Origin: Bdellovibrionia bacterium | GTDB taxonomy: Bacteria; Bdellovibrionota; UBA1018 | Length of the DNA stretch: 13,585 bases | NCBI GenBank assembly: GCA_049424145.1 | Contig: JBMSSC010000073.1 | Span: forward strand, 1-13,585 | Direction of reading: 5' to 3' | Shown: positions 13,526 through 13,585 of the stretch, one piece after another | How the letters are laid out: each line of letters starts with the position of its first letter | How positions within the stretch are numbered: the first letter of the stretch is position 1 | Made by a program: the position numbers and the translations under genes | Notes under the pieces: generated by a model | Database searches by the model: none | The model's input: the letters and a program-made list of their open reading frames with translations, nothing else | What the model was told of the DNA's origin: nothing

Positions 13526-13585
13526 TTGACATCCTCTCCGGCGTGAACGCGGGAGATTCCCCGAAGGCGATTCATGTCCGAATCG
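13526..13585 (-). mobile_element. Right end of an IS200/IS605-family element (continues beyond the window)
   Basis: Minus strand ...GGAATCTCCCGCGTTCACGCCGGAGAGGATGTCAA: GAAT at the foot of an imperfect hairpin (TCTCC/GGAGA, one mismatch, GCG/CGC) and terminal TCAA, as in IS608-type right ends. One frame reads GISRVHAGEDVN*, resembling TnpB C-terminal tails. Confidence 0.72.

Noticed and set aside
13526..13560. TTGACA as a -35 box, or the hairpin as the rlmI terminator
   Set aside because: No -10 at 16-18 bp and no U-tract after the hairpin. The GAAT/hairpin/TCAA arrangement on the minus strand fits an IS200/IS605 right end better.

Overview
Bacterial chromosomal window with near-balanced GC. 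Bdellovibrionota/deltaproteobacteria-like gene style is my impression only. Housekeeping genes: a partial outer-membrane beta-barrel gene, YbeD/DUF493, a ROK sugar kinase, ftsK, a small exported protein, a CCA-adding enzyme, an NFACT/RqcH protein and an RlmI-type rRNA methyltransferase. Two signal-peptide-bearing, effector-like genes sit among them. One is a 919-aa protein with a putative Cys/His catalytic domain and six 34-aa ankyrin repeats. The other is a 423-aa pre-toxin-TG protein whose toxin tip looks broken by a stop codon and is followed by a coupled 24-codon ORF. The last 60 bp carry the right end of an IS200/IS605-family element on the minus strand (GAAT guide, hairpin, TCAA). If that element carries tnpB, its RNA guide would be the flank next to the rlmI stop. 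Four genes have a -10-like box 6-7 nt before ATG and no Shine-Dalgarno site, suggesting leaderless transcripts. No tRNA, rRNA or CRISPR array was seen.
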